From: Malacoraja senta
Taxonomy: Eukaryota
Assembly: GCA_038087875.1 (NCBI GenBank)
Contig: CM075982.1
Location: 12,152,001 to 12,216,000, forward strand
Direction of reading: 5' to 3'
Length of the DNA: 64,000 nt
In this document: positions 10,956-24,829 of the stretch, piece after piece
How the letters are laid out: the number at the start of each line of letters is the position of its first letter
How positions within the stretch are numbered: position 1 is the stretch's first letter
The notes under the pieces: generated by a model
What the model was told of the DNA's origin: nothing
What the model saw: the letters and a program-made list of their open reading frames with translations, nothing else
The model's database searches: none
Translations under genes and position numbers: made by a program

Positions 10956-12475
10956 GTACGATTTCCACTTTTGTAATTTACATATGATTCAAATTGTTAA
11001 GGTAGGGAATATTAATAAGCAAAATCTTATTAAGCATAAAATCTGCAGAACAATTAACTTTAGAATCTCTATGACCTCTAGGGAATACATTTCAATACTG
11101 GTTAGCGTTTTTCACAAAAGATAGACTCTTCCAAATATCACGATCTGTTTTCAAGATAATTTTAAAAGATTAAAATTTCTCAATTTGGCTGCAATGAAAC
11201 TAATTTTGAGGAATTGGTGTCTAATACTGAAGTTAGTTTAGTTTATTATTGCCATGTATACTGAGGTACAGTGAAATGTTTTTTTTGTGTAGTGACAAGA
11301 ATAACGTATTATGTTATCAGATTACACAGAAAATTCGGAATTCAAGACAGGCACTTCATATTGTTATTTTGTCTTAACTATAAAAGGCTTTATTAACAGA
11401 GAAGCCACGCAAGAAATAAGCAGTGAAATTTCCAGTCATGTGTAAACCCATGTTCTATCATAGGTAGCAAAGGGGGATCTTCTATATTTAAAAATATGCA
11501 TCCAAGAAACTATACCAACTAACAAAGTCATATTTAAATAAAGAGAGTGCATAATGAGGTTGAAACTACTAAATTCTCTGCATAACACTCTACCTATTGT
11601 AAATGTTTTCTTTCATATTGCATTATGCAAATAAACCGATTTTTAATTGTTCCATTCCAATCTATGATCTTGTTAGCATTTGATGAAATTAATGAGATAC
11701 TATTTGCAAACGATAAGATGGCATAATCTTTCAATTAATATCAGGAAATACATTTTCCATATGGGAAGTATTGGAAATTTGCGTCCAAATATCATATAGC
11801 CACTGGATGAATTTAAATTTAGCAATGAAAGTATTCGATTTTTAATAGGAAGAGTATCAAATAATTCCATTCAAATCTGGTAAATTGAATTAAAATATAC
11901 AATAGAGTGACCAAATTTTAAGGTTACAGTATATACTAATTTAGTCTGGACTGGCTATCTATTGTTTCTCTATTTAGACCCTATTACAACTTTTTGATAC
12001 CCAGTGTAGATCGTGTTGTATGTTATTATTGATATATAGGCTGCTGCAATACTTGTAATAATACTGTGAGATTTTTAAAAAAATACAGTTTTAGGGATAT
12101 GGCATACCTAGCAAGGGTAGAATTTATTGCCCATACCTAATCACCCTTGAAAAGATTGTGGTGAGTTATTTTCTTGAAAACTTGCAGACTTTCTAGTGAA
12201 GGTACATCCACAATTCTGGTGCATTGAATTACACCAAACATTTAAATACAGCAAAGACCTCAGAATGATAGTGATCTGAGGGTATTTGAATATATGATCA
12301 AGTTCCACACAAATTGTCTTTTTAGCAAAAGAAAGTAGCATTCAGCTTATCTTAATAATACTACAAGTTATGATCTATTACGGAGGTCATGTTTATTGGG
12401 GGAAAAATGAATCTAAAGTAAGTGAAACTAGTTAGGAAGATGCCAGAAAAGTACAGAAATCACTAAGTAATCTGT

Positions 12476-12687
12476 GTAGGAAAGAACTGCAGATGTTGGT
12501 TTAAATTGAAGGTAGACACAAAATGCTGGAGTAACTCAGCGGGTCAGACAGCATCTCTGGAGAGCAGGAATGGGTGACGTTTCGGGTCGAGACCCTTCTT
12601 CAGTCTCGACCCGAAGCATCACCCATTCCTTCTCTCCAGAGATGCTGCCTGACCCGCCGAGTTACTCCAGCATTTTGTGTCTCCCTT
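12476..12687. mobile_element. Penelope-type fold-back insert
   Basis: Inverted arms; 15-bp TSD cactaagtaatctgt (12461-12475 / 12688-12702). Confidence 0.87.
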
Positions 12688-12866
12688 CACTAAGTAATCT
12701 GTTGAGTTAATGATACAATTCATTCTAGAGGATTAAAAGTAAGAGATGGGGTATGTGCCTCAAGCCTCGGTTGGAGTACTTTTTCAGTCATTGTGACAAA
12801 AATATTAAAGCGGCAACAAAGAGCACAAAAGAAAATACAAGCTTCACATGGCCTCTCCAACGTTGT

Positions 12867-13023
12867 AGAGTCATACAGCGTGGAAACAAGCCCTTTGCCC
12901 CAACTTGCCTACACCGAGGGATATGAGCCAAATGCAGATAGGTGCGACTAATGTTTATGGGGCATGTTTGTCGGCGTGGGCAAGTTGTGCGCTGAAGGAC
13001 CGGTTTCCATGCTGTATGATTCT
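12867..13023. mobile_element. Inverted pair of CR1/SINE 3' tails
   Basis: agagtcatacagcgtggaaac...gtttccatgctgtatgattct. Confidence 0.7.
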
Positions 13024-13076
13024 GTGACACCGATTTTATGACTAATGATTGCATAGCTCTTGTACTGACATTCCAG

Positions 13077-13136
13077 GTGGTCCTGGAGGAGCTGGACTTG
13101 GAGGACTTCCAGCGGGGTTTTTTGGAGGTGTTCCAG
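13077..13136 (+). CDS. ELN: ELN hydrophobic exon GGPGGAGLGGLPAGFFGGVP (60 nt)
   Basis: cattccag|gtggtcct...gttccag|gtaaca. Confidence 0.92.
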
Positions 13137-14567
13137 GTAACATTTATTTAATCATTAGCATTATTGAAATGAATGCAAGATGCACAAATTATCGTTGACA
13201 GTTTTATTAAACACTCTGTCAACATGTTGGGATACTACAATGATAGCCATTCACTTTATGCCAATGCTACAGATATAGTTGTCGAATCTGAATCCTCAGT
13301 AGAATACTGCTTAGCCTAACATACAGATTAAAAAGTGATCTTCTCTAGATAGCCTACTTGCCTTATTTGGAACTAAGAAGCTTATATAAATTGGAGTCCT
13401 AAATCTCAGCAGCCTTGGGTTCAGAAATTTGCTTATGTCATTTTCATTTTTCAGACAAATGCACAGAATGTATACACATATTTCCAGTCAGGAGCACTCT
13501 TCCAGAGATACTGAAAACATTTATTCTATCGGTGTCAAGGTGAACACCAGACCTATTTAAAATAAATCAATAAATTATGTACTTCACTGTCCTATTAATC
13601 CTAAAGGACCACTGAATAGTTTTGAGACTCCCAGCTTATAATTCAAAATGGTCAACATCAGGAGAAACTTTATTAAAACCCTATCTAAAGGTTGGATTAA
13701 GCAATCTTTGAGCAGTAAATTCTTTATCTGTGCAAAGATTTTCTAAAACAGTAATGCAAAAACAGCAACTTTATGCTCAAGCACTATTCCAATACTTCAG
13801 CACATTTCCTAACCTGGGATGTTAATGCAACACTTTTCTATTCACAATACTACATGGCAAATTGGAATTGGAAAAACTCCCCCACAGTCAATATAACCAA
13901 AGAAATAGGTTGTTTGTGAAACCATGCCGTATGGAAATTGTCTGATCCACTTAAATATATGTATGCTATGGTAACTTCACTTCATGAGTGAAGTTTGGTT
14001 GCAAAGTATTTTAAATCATCTGGAGAATGTGACAATTTGTTTTAAGGAAACTTTTCAATCAAACGTTTCGTCATTAGTAGGTCAAGAGTGAAAAGACCCA
14101 AACTTGGTTATGACTGCTATTTGGGCAATTCTAAGATACTGTCAGTGACTTACAAACCTGTTTTCCATGCAAAGTACATTGGAAGCCATATTGATAAAGG
14201 ATAAATGGATGCACACTAAGTATCTGCTAGAAGGCATTGACAAGGCAAAAATTGACTGGATCACGTTCAATCTGGCCCGTGTCTCTCATATGCCTCCCGT
14301 GGGACTCAGAAGTTTCATAACAATGCAGTTCCCAATCTCCTCAAGACCTCGCTGCTGCAGTCTTTCTATGAGGCAGAACAAGCTGGGAGGGGATTAGGCA
14401 GTAAAACATTTGGCCCTGCCTTCAAATTTCCCTATAGATCTGCTCACAAGCCATAAAATCAAAGTCCTCTTCCACTGTCTCCTAATGCCCCTGCCAATCT
14501 GAGACATTTAGAGACAGTTAAAATATATTTCAAGAAGTAAAAAAAGAATAATTTAATAACCCATTTC

Positions 14568-14728
14568 GTTTAGTTTAGTTTAGAGATACAGCGCGGAAAC
14601 AGGTCCTTCACCCCACCGGGTCCGCGCCGACTTGCGATCCCCGCATATTAACACTATCCTACACCCACTAGGGACAATTTTTACATTTACCAAGCCATTT
14701 AACCTACATGCCTGTACATCTTTGGAGA
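14568..14728 (-). mobile_element. SINE 3' half
   Basis: (TTTAG)n tail then agagatacagcgcggaaacagg, the reverse complement of the tail of SINE 37919-38241. Confidence 0.8.
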
Positions 14729-15849
14729 TTTAACTGATGTAAATTAAAATCATTAATATTAATTAAAGCAGAGGGGAAAAAAACAATTAGCTTCACTTAC
14801 CTTTTCCATCCAGGTCAGTGATCCCTATCCCAATTAATGACAGGATAGGCAAACGTGCTAGATATAAAGTGTACCCAATGCTTCAAATCTGTTTGTTACA
14901 GATACATCTGTGTTGGGCCTGGGATTGCCGTGTATAAGCACAGAAGTAAGGAATGTGCTGATCTGTGCAATGCAACCAGCGCATTGTTGCCTGCATATAT
15001 AATATCAATTAGACTTTACACAGTCCAGACATCTATCGACTCTCAAATAAAATACTGGAAAACACAGCAAGTCAGGCAGCTGGTGTGGGAAGAATAACAG
15101 TTAATGTTGCATGTTAATACCTTTTCATCCATGGGACTGTTCTACCAGTTCATCCCTCCTTGTGGGTCTCTGACAGAGGTAGAAATACATTATGCTTGGT
15201 TTCAAAGTTTCTTTTTTTAAGTTTGTTACTAATGGATTACAGAAATTTCTCCACCGCTTATTTTTGGCCAACTATCTCTTAAGTTTGTTTTCCCCATCTT
15301 TCAATTCTAGAATAATTTTGTTATAACTGCTGCTTTTCAATCTGCAAAACCCTTTCCAGGATCTAAAAAATTGTAGAAAATCATTACCATTTTTTACTGT
15401 CTCAGTAACCACATTTTATAGAATCTTAAGCTAAAGGATGTATGGCCTAGACATTTGATGGCCTTTATATGCATTAGTTTGTCATGTGCTTTTTCTCCAA
15501 TGTTAATGATTGCCCCTTTATCGACTATGTCTGGGATACATTTAGAGTCGTCTACTCGAAAGACACATGCAATAGATTTGTTGAACGTCTCTTACATTTC
15601 CTTATTGCCCATTATTAATTCTGAGAGTGTTGTTTATGGAATAAGATTTACTGAACAAATAACCTATTATTATTCTATTTAATTCTATTAATGGTTAAGA
15701 CGCTTCTTTAGTTGAATTTGAATAAATTGAATTTTTTTTCAAAAAATGGGCTTTCCTGAGGCAGTGCTATTAATATCTGTATTGTTATTCATTGCTCTTT
15801 ATTAAATGATCCCTAATCTGTCTAATTTGTCAATTCTGCGTTGCTGTAG

Positions 15850-15885
15850 GTGGATATGCTGCAGCTAAAGCTGCTAAATATGCAG
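15850..15885 (+). CDS. ELN: ELN cross-link exon GGYAAAKAAKYA (36 nt)
   Basis: ctgtag|gtggatat...tatgcag|gtaact. Confidence 0.93.
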
Positions 15886-17017
15886 GTAACTCTTTGTAAC
15901 CTTATGTATAGCATGAAACTATTACTATATAAGTAACCACGAAAATTGAATGTTACCAATCTTCATGGAAGGAAAAAAATGTGTCATAATAAAATTAACA
16001 TCAAGAATATATTTCAAATCTAGTTACAATCTTGTGGAACTTTTCAAAATATTGCAATCAACTCTTCCCAGTTCACAATATGATTAACAATATTATAGTG
16101 TCATGAACAGATTTACCAATCCTGAAGAAGGGGTCTAAACAAGGGTTCCGATCAGAAATGTCACCTATCCTTTTTCTCCAGAGATGCTGCTTTGCCAACT
16201 GAGTTACTCCAGCATTTGCGTCTATCTTTAATTTGACAGCATTGGGTTTGACTTTAGAAACTGCTTCCTAATTCAAGGTTATGGATCCATGAATCAACCC
16301 ATATTCATTACCAGAGTGCAGAGAGAATTTCACAAAGTGCTGGAGTAACTCAATGGGTCAGGCAGCATTAGTGGAGAGAATGATAGGCAGCATTTTTGAT
16401 TGGGATGCTTCTTCATACATTCAAGCATTCCTTGTATCTACGCAGATAATTTGTAATTCAAACACAACTTGTCTGGTCTTAACTGCAATGATTTTGTTCA
16501 AAAAGAAGCCAAGCGATATCTCACCATGTGATAAACAAGAAATGGAAATCCTTAATCATGGATATAGTCCAAGATAAAATAAAATCTTTAAAATCCAGTG
16601 GCTAAGTGCTTTTATATAAATATAAAAAAAAGATGCACAATTCAAATGTTTGCATAAACAGTAGAAGGGTCAGAAACTGCTTCATGTTCTTCTCTTCCTT
16701 GGTGATACTTATTGTGAATTATTTTATTCATGATATATTCACCAATTACTTTCTTGTCGTATTTGAATCTGGTATCAATTTTGATAGTTTTCTTTAAATG
16801 TTTGCTTACCCAACTTTTTATTTTTGCTGTATTACATCATTTCATTGGCGACCATTAATAATACTGAATAGACTTGCGGTAATTAAAATGTTATTTACAT
16901 GAAATCTTATTTTCAGGTATGTACAATTGACTTTTCATACAGACATATTGGTGAATAATAAGACCTTTAAGTACATTTTGTTTAGATTCTAATCTATTAG
17001 TTAATACAAGCATCCTT

Positions 17018-18085
17018 GGGTTTAGATAATTGTCAAGCTGACTGGATAGAAAATTGGCTTAATGGAAGGAAGCAGAGGGTGATGGTGGAAGGATGTTTTT
17101 TGGACTGGAGGCCTGTGGCTAGTGGTGTGCCTCATTGATCAGTGATGGGCCCATTGTAATTTGTGATATATATCAACAATTAGGATGAAAATGTACAAGG
17201 TATGATTAATATGTTTGCAGATGACATTGAGTGGGTTGTATAATAGATAGCGTAGATGGTTTTCAAAAATTACAGCAGGATCTTGATCAGCTGGGCAAGT
17301 GGCCTGAGGAATGATTAATGGAGTTTCATGAAGATGTGTGAGGTATTGCATTTTGCCTTGTCAAACCAGGGCAGGAGCTTCACAGTGAATGACAAGGCCC
17401 TGGAGAGTGTTGCTGAGTGGAGGAATCTAGGAGTGCAGGTACATAGTTCCCTGAAAGTGCCATCACATGTTATTAGGGTGGTCAAGAAAGCTTTTGGTAC
17501 ATTGACCTTCATCGGCCAGAGTATTGCGTATAGAAATTGGGATGTTATGTTACAGTTGTAGAAGATGATGGCAAGACTGCCTTTGGAGTACTACATATGT
17601 TCAACTTTGTTCACCCCATTATGGGAAGGATGTTAAGCTAGAAAGTGTGCAGAGAAAATTTATGAGCATAGTGAGTTCTTGAGGCCTTTGCTTTAAGGGA
17701 CATTGGGAAGGATAGGGCTTTATTCCTTGAAGCATGGGAGGCTGATGGGTATTCTTATACAGAGGCATAAAACCATAATGAGAATAGATGGGGTGAATTA
17801 CCCAGAGTATGGGAATCGAGGAACAGAGGTTTATGGTGAGAATGGAAAGATTTTAGGAACATGAAGGGCAATTCTTTCACGGTGGTGGGTATATGGAACG
17901 AGCTGGCAGAGTAGGTGGTTGAGGTCAGTAATATCACAACATTTAAAAGATATTTGAACAGATACATGGATAGGAAAGGTTTAGATGAATATGGACCAAA
18001 TGGGACTAGCGTGAATGGGGAATCGTGGTCGACACGCGCAAGTTAGGCCAAAGGGCCTGTTTCAGTCATATGACTATCACTCTAT
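17018..18085 (+). mobile_element. Degenerate CR1 LINE fragment
   Basis: gtggtgtgcctc, tttgcagatgac, LGVQVHSSLKV, CR1 3' tail. Confidence 0.88.
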
Positions 18086-18701
18086 TGCAGAGAAAGGGTT
18101 ATGCAAATAATACTCATTAAACTGCCCATTCCAATGTAAAGTGCAATTAGCCAATTATTAAAATTAATGATATTATCTATAAGATATGATAAATCATAAA
18201 TTATAACTAGAGTTTCGCCCTTCAGAAAGGAAATGACAAAGTGTATATACAGTGTAATAGAAAATTGGTATTCCGTGCCTCATCAGTCTATATGTAGATA
18301 TTGGGTCGGTTGTTATTCAAACAGATTGATGGTTTTGTCTGTACGCTATAGCAATTATTTTTTGAATAAATTTGAAGCACATGTTAGACTTGTGCAAATT
18401 GTATTATGTAATGAGCTTCAGAAAAATGAGCTGCCCCCTCCTGTTTTTATGTTTGTACCCTGCTGTTACTCATGTGGTTGATCATGACATATTAAGCTTT
18501 GATAGGCATAGTTTAAATGTATTTTCTATGTTCAGAGCATATATGAATGTTTTTGAAGAATAGTAAACTTTTTAATTTCATTGCATTTATAATAAATCCA
18601 TGTTACAAATTTTCTTAGTAATATGTCAATGCATTAAGTGCAAATATTATGTTGTTCTGATTGAACAAATTGAGACAATGTTGATTGTCCTGGCATTCCA
18701 G

Positions 18702-18785
18702 GGAGAGTACCAGGAGGCATTCTCGGAGCACTAACTGGAGGCTTTCCTGGAGGTGTACCTGGAGGTGTTTTAGCACGTCTTCCAG
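18702..18785 (+). CDS. ELN: ELN hydrophobic exon [28 protein letters not shown] (84 nt)
   Basis: cattccag|ggagagta...cttccag|gtaatt. Confidence 0.92.
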
Positions 18786-18954
18786 GTAATTGATTTCTAA
18801 TAATCTTTTAGATACTTGCTGTTTCAATTGTGTTAGCAAGGTATAGCATGATTCTCCCACACATACGTGATGTTAAATTATATCTATTAAGTGAATGTTG
18901 ATAGGTGAAAGTGTTTCCACATTTCATTTGAAAATTGAAAATTCTGGAGGTCAG

Positions 18955-18981
18955 GAAGTGTCCCAGGGGAAAGATACGCAG
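18955..18981 (+). CDS. ELN: Candidate ELN micro-exon GSVPGERYA (27 nt)
   Basis: tcag|gaagtgtc...tacgcag|gtaata; phase 1, 3n, contains VPG, good donor but poor polypyrimidine tract. Confidence 0.35.
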
Positions 18982-19185
18982 GTAATATTTCAGACAATGA
19001 CCTATCAACAGTATCAAATACTTCCAGGTTGTACGTTTCCATAGTTTGATAATCTGCATTAATATTGACTTTTTTTCCCCGAAATAGTGTTTATCTGAGT
19101 GGAGGCAATGCTGTTGATCATTGTTCCACAGTCTATGTAGCTGGACTTTGCTGGATTATAACTTGTCAATCTTCTGTCATTACAG

Positions 19186-19221
19186 CTGGATATGCAGCAG
19201 CTAAAGCTGCTAAATATAGAG
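19186..19221 (+). CDS. ELN: ELN cross-link exon AGYAAAKAAKYR (36 nt)
   Basis: cattacag|ctggatat...tatagag|gtaaca. Confidence 0.92.
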
Positions 19222-19844
19222 GTAACATTTTTTTATTTTGTCATTTGTAAAAGCATCAAATTATTTTTGTATTCTGAGCATACCATATTATTAAGAAATA
19301 TCATCCTAATTGATACAGCAGCATGAACATGACCAATAATTTCATCAACAAATAAAGATGCCATGTTTCATGATGGTAAATTTTCCAGATATCATTAGTT
19401 CTTCTTTCTGTGTATTTAACATAAAACAAACATGTTAGAAAAAGTGCCAATCTACACTTAGACAGCATTGAATTAATTTTGAGGATCTGTTCCTGATATA
19501 GTGATGGATGTGAACAACACCCAATATCCACTGCACATCCACATAGAATTTTTAATATGAGATGGGTGCTCCACAATTCTGCATGGTCTTAATTAATGGA
19601 TAGAAGGCCTCTTGAGATATTTTTAATGATTCAACAACAACTGCTAACTAACATTCTTGATTTAAAGTTATTAAATATAATCTTTTTGTACTCAAATATA
19701 TATAACAGGATGTGAGGTACCACGTGTTATATCACAGCAAGACTTTTCTGGTTTATTTATTTCTGATTATGTTTTCCACAAAATGTAATATCAACATTAG
19801 ATGGCTCTGGTAATTTTCAATGGAAGTAACAGAAATAGCGATAC

Positions 19845-20990
19845 AAGGTAATAAGTGATAGGAGTAGAATTAGGCCATTTGGCTCATCAAGTCAACTCCG
19901 CCATTCAATCATGGCTGATTTATCTCTCCCTCCTAACCCCATTCTCCTGCCTTCTCCCCATAACCTCTGATGCCTGTACCAATCAAAAATCTATTTCTGC
20001 CTTAAAAATATCCATTGACGTCCCCCACAGCCTTCTGTGGCAAAGAAATCCACATATTCACCATCCTCTGAATAAAGATATTTCTCCTCATCTCCTTACT
20101 AAAAGAACCTCCTTTAAATCGGCAGCTATGACCTCTAGTCCTTGACTCTCCCACTAGTGGAAACATCCTCTCCACATTTACTCTATCCAAGTATTTCACT
20201 ATTCTGTATGTTTCAATGAGGTCCCCCCTCATTCTTCTAAATTCCAGTGAGTACAGACTCTGTGAGGACAAACGCTCATCATAAATTAACCTACTCATTC
20301 CTTGGATCATTCTTGTAATCCTCCTCTGGACCTTCTCCAGAGCCAGCACATCTTTCCTCAGATATGGTGCCCAAAATTGCACACAATATTCCAAATGTGG
20401 CCTTACCAGCGCCATTTAGAGCCTCAACATTGCATCCCTGTTTTTGTATACAAGCCCTCTTGAAATGAATGCTAACATTGAGTTTGCTTTCTTTACGACT
20501 GATTTGACTTGCAGATTAACTTTTTGGGAAGTTAATCTGCATCCCTTTGCACCTACAATTTCTGGATTCTCTCCCCATTTAGAAAATAGTCTACGCCTTT
20601 ATTCCTACTGCCAAAATGCATGACTCCACACTTTGCTACACTATATTCCATCTGCAACTTCTCCACCCACTCTCCCAACCTGTTTAAGTCCTTCTGCAGA
20701 GTTCTTGCTTTCTCTACACTACCTGCCCCTCCACCTATTTCCGTGTAATCTGCAAACTTTGCCACAAAACCTTCAATCCCCTCGTCCAAACCATTAATAT
20801 ACAACGTGAAGAGTAGCGGCCCCAGCACAGACCCTTTCGGAACTCCACTAGTCACTGGAGGCCAACCAGAAAAAGCCCCCTTTATTGCCACTGTTTGTCT
20901 TCTGGCATCTAGCCAACCTGCTATCCATGCTAGTATCTGCCCTTTGATACCGTTGGCTCTCATCTTCCTATGCAGCCTAACGTGTGGCAC
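19845..20990 (-). mobile_element. CR1 LINE fragment
   Basis: ORF track: VTSGVPKGSVLGPLLF, LVRPHLEYCVQFWAP. Confidence 0.92.
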
Positions 20991-21368
20991 ATCAATCTTA
21001 ACAAGTTAAAATGAAGTGTTGACTTATGCAATTCTGTGAATTGAAAGGCTCTGTTTTTTCTGCAATTTGATTACATCGATCCCTCTTTTATGAAAATAGA
21101 CACAAAGTATTAATTATCCATACCAAAGTTTTCTGCCTTCACATATAGTTCATAGACTTTCGATCTTTAACAGGCCTAATCTTTTCCCATGATTTTCTCT
21201 TCCCTTCATATAGTTTAGAATAAATAACACTTTTTATTGACTTATTTTCTAGCACTTCTCATGTTTCTTAATTGATGTGTTGATGCTCTGTTGAAATAAT
21301 TAGAACATAATTTTTTTCAAATTGTTTAACATGTTGTTTAAAATAACTCTTCTATTTTTGCATTGCAG

Positions 21369-21416
21369 GAGGTGCGGGAGGGGCTTTATCTGGCGGCTAT
21401 CCAGGAGGCTTATCAG
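21369..21416 (+). CDS. ELN: ELN hydrophobic exon GGAGGALSGGYPGGLS (48 nt)
   Basis: cattgcag|gaggtgcg...ttatcag|gtattg. Confidence 0.9.
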
Positions 21417-22657
21417 GTATTGTGATGTGTCATCAACAAGTTTAACTTCATTGTGATAAATTTAATGAAATATGCAGATATTATTCCCATGATTTTGCAA
21501 TTCAGTCCATCAATAAATTCATTCTCTGCCATTGTTCATTTTGTATCAAGCAACTATTAAAATACAAGTGTGGCTTGACTCTGCTCTTAGGGCTTTATTT
21601 AATACAAAGACATAATGTAGTCATGTCCCCTGTAGGAGACTTGAATCCTCTAACTGCCCAGCTAAGCACAAGCAAACTATTGTGTTATTTAATGATGGGA
21701 GGTATTGATAGGATAGGCAATCAGAACCCTTTTCACATGGTGGAAATGTCAGAGACAGGAGCACATAGATTTAACGTGAGAGGAGCAGAGTTTAAAGGAT
21801 GCAGGTATTGGGGGCCAAAGGGCTTGTTCCTTTGCTGTACGATTTTATGTTATCCCCATACATACTATAGCTGTCTTGTTTGCTATTATTTTGCTTCTCA
21901 ATCTTACTTCAAGAAAGTAAAGTATTAATTTCCTCTACTGAGTTGGATGCCTTGTTGCTATTATTAATTCAGTAAATTTGTGCAACCATTTTCAGGAACT
22001 ATTACTTCATTTATAAGGAAATGTCCAAAAGGGAACGCAATTATCCAGATGAGGCCAAACTAATAGATTTTGCACAATTATCACTTTGTTTTAAATTTAT
22101 CCTCTCATATTAAGCTATCTGAAAATAAAAAAATTGCAGATGTTGCAAATATGAAGTAAAAAAAAAAGAGAAAATGCTTGGTCAATTCAACCAGAAACAT
22201 CTGTTTCTCTTTCCACAGATATTGCCTGATCTACTGAGTGTTTTCACTGTTTCTGTTTTCTGTTTCTGCATTCTTGATAACAGTCAATTTTAAATAGCTG
22301 CAGGCTTAAAGTTCAGTGCATGTAAAAGCATGAGATTGATATTACAGTGGGATGCTAAAACCACTTTGCACTTGGGTCACTGAAAGATTGTTTCACTTTT
22401 CCAATTTAGCCCAGCATCTAGACCAGGTCTGGAGTTTCTGGGGAGAGAGAGTGGGCAGCTGTCATAGGCCAAAAGATGGGTTTTGGCTCGGGCATCTGAA
22501 GAGAGTGGGAATGAGAAAATAATTTAAAACATTATTAATGGCAAGAAATAAGAAACAAAGCATGGCATTCTTGAACAGAATGAACAAGCACATGTATAGT
22601 AATGGGATTCTAACATTGTTAGAATAAAGTTTAATTACTTGTCCATCCTTTGATCCG

Positions 22658-22696
22658 GGGCTGGAGCTGCTGGGGCTAAAGCTGCAAAATTTGCAG
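22658..22696 (+). pseudogene. ELN: ELN cross-link exon GAGAAGAKAAKFA with a mutated acceptor (CG instead of AG); either a pseudo-exon or spliced from a cryptic GAG at 22664-22666
   Basis: acttgtccatcctttgatccg|gggctgga...tttgcag|gtaaat; sits in the expected cross-link slot between two hydrophobic exons. Confidence 0.7.
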
Positions 22697-23197
22697 GTAA
22701 ATCTATTTCTGAATTTTCTACATCATACTATCACATTCTTTTTAAGTTCCTAATAGTTCTTTTTATTCTTAGACACAACACAAGACATTAAAACACAATG
22801 AACTTTTGTTTATTAAGCTCCTGGAAAAAGGAGCTAAAAGTGCAGCAAATCAAAACAGAGATGTGAATTAAAGGGTCCTGGATGTGACTATGTTGTTTAA
22901 GTCATAACATATGCCAGACCCATTATTCATTGCTCCACTTTGTGTCATCTCTTTGTCCCCTATATGTTTCTGTATCTCTGTAAAATGCTGTGTCTTCCAG
23001 ACTGATCATTTCAGAGGCTTCAATCAAGCTATTAGACTACATTGGGATCTGGGGACATGCCTGGACATTTCAGTGTTCCTCCTCTTCACGTGTACAAACC
23101 CATTCAGCAGAAAGTCAATAATACATTGCTGTTTTTACATAGGTAGCAACCTATAAACAAAGGGCGGCACGGTGGCGCAGCGGCAGAGTTACTGCCC

Positions 23198-23433
23198 AAG
23201 GGCCTGTCCCACTTGCCGATTTTTCCGGTGACTGCCGGCATCATTGACTGTCGTATCAAGTCACCGAAAAATTTGCGGCAGTGACGCGGCTAGATGATGT
23301 ATGACGCGCTGTGTTTTTTCAAGTGTCACAACAGTTTTTGTCGCCGTTGGATTTTGAAATGTTCAAAATCTTTTGGCGACACTGATATGACGCCGGCAGT
23401 CGCTGAAAAAATCGCCAAGTGGGACAGGCCCTT
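23198..23433. mobile_element. MITE (Harbinger-like GGGCC termini) abutting a SINE head fragment (23162-23197)
   Basis: TIRs aagggcctgtcccacttg.cgattttt / aaaaatcg.caagtgggacaggccctt. Confidence 0.85.
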
Positions 23434-24829
23434 AAGGAAATTCCTCTTTCGTTACGTCATAAATCTTAAGATTGGTCATGATTATGGTACCTCTGATTTT
23501 TCCTGGAATATTCTCCTCTTCCCTGATATCGACAATGAGGCTGATTTGTGGCTGAAGTTCTGCACCGCATTTTGAGGATTTCAATGGGTATACCATCTGC
23601 TCCCAAGGCCTTGCTATTTTTTAGTTTGGTTCTGGCCTTCTTGACCTTGTTGGTCAGGAAAGTTTTTCAACCTACAACAACTACACTTCAGAACCAAATT
23701 CCCCAAGCCTCAGTGGCTGAGCTGCAGTATGCAGGTGAAGATTACATTTGCATATTAGTTCACACGTTCATAAATTGTAGGAGCAGAATTAGGCCATTCG
23801 GCCTTTCAATACTCCACCATTCAATCATGGCTGATCTATCTTTCCCTCTCAACCACATTCTCCTGCCTTCTCCCCATAACTCCTGACACCCATACTGATC
23901 AAGAATCTATCTATCTCTGCCTTAAAAATATCCATTGACTTGGCCAGGTTCTGTTCCTGTGCTGAATTGCTCTATGTTCAACCTATGGGGTTCTTTATTT
24001 TAAAAAAAAGTATCTCACATCACCAATACAAATCACGTCTACACTGCTGGAAAGATAGATTGGCTTTGAGGGATCAAAGACCAATAGAGCACATAATGTG
24101 CCACTTTGTGTACTTCATGACCACAGAGTTTGCAGAAATTAAAGAAAAGCACCAGATCTACAACGCAGTGGTAATGGGAGTCTTTAGCAACTCCAACAAT
24201 TGTAGGGATGTGGATGTGTTGACAGAAGAGAATGGAAGGAATTCTTGTATAATATTCAGAAAAAAAATTGATCGAGGCTGAAGGTCCCAGACCTGATGAT
24301 TACAGTGAATTAAGTAGAGAATACTACAGTTGAGGAGAATCCCAGTAATAGTGATGTAAACTTCATGTTGATTATAGTGAAGGACATGAGATATCCAGAA
24401 GTAAGAAAACTGAATTTTAGCAAATATAGAAAGGATTTGCACAGTTAAATTGATGTCAAAAACGGAAGCATTAGACAACTAGTTGCATGGGTAAATACTT
24501 TTCAAAAGTTTGATTATGAGGAAGAGGAAAGCATGAAACTAATTTACTTGCTCTTGGAAAAAGCCACAATAAACTCTTGGGGTCTAATGGCACCTGTTTT
24601 CAATTTTATAATATACTGATAGGTAAGGAAATTCATATGAAGAGAGATAGTCTTATTCTACAGTAATTATAGTGATATGCTGATCAATGCCACCGATAAC
24701 AACAATTGATAGTTTTCCCAAGGCATTTAAAGAGTCTATTTGCAGTACTAACTGATTGTTTCTGAGTAAGAAGCTTGCTAATTAATGTACTAGATTGTTG
24801 ACTGTCACTTTCCCCTGATGATCATACAG

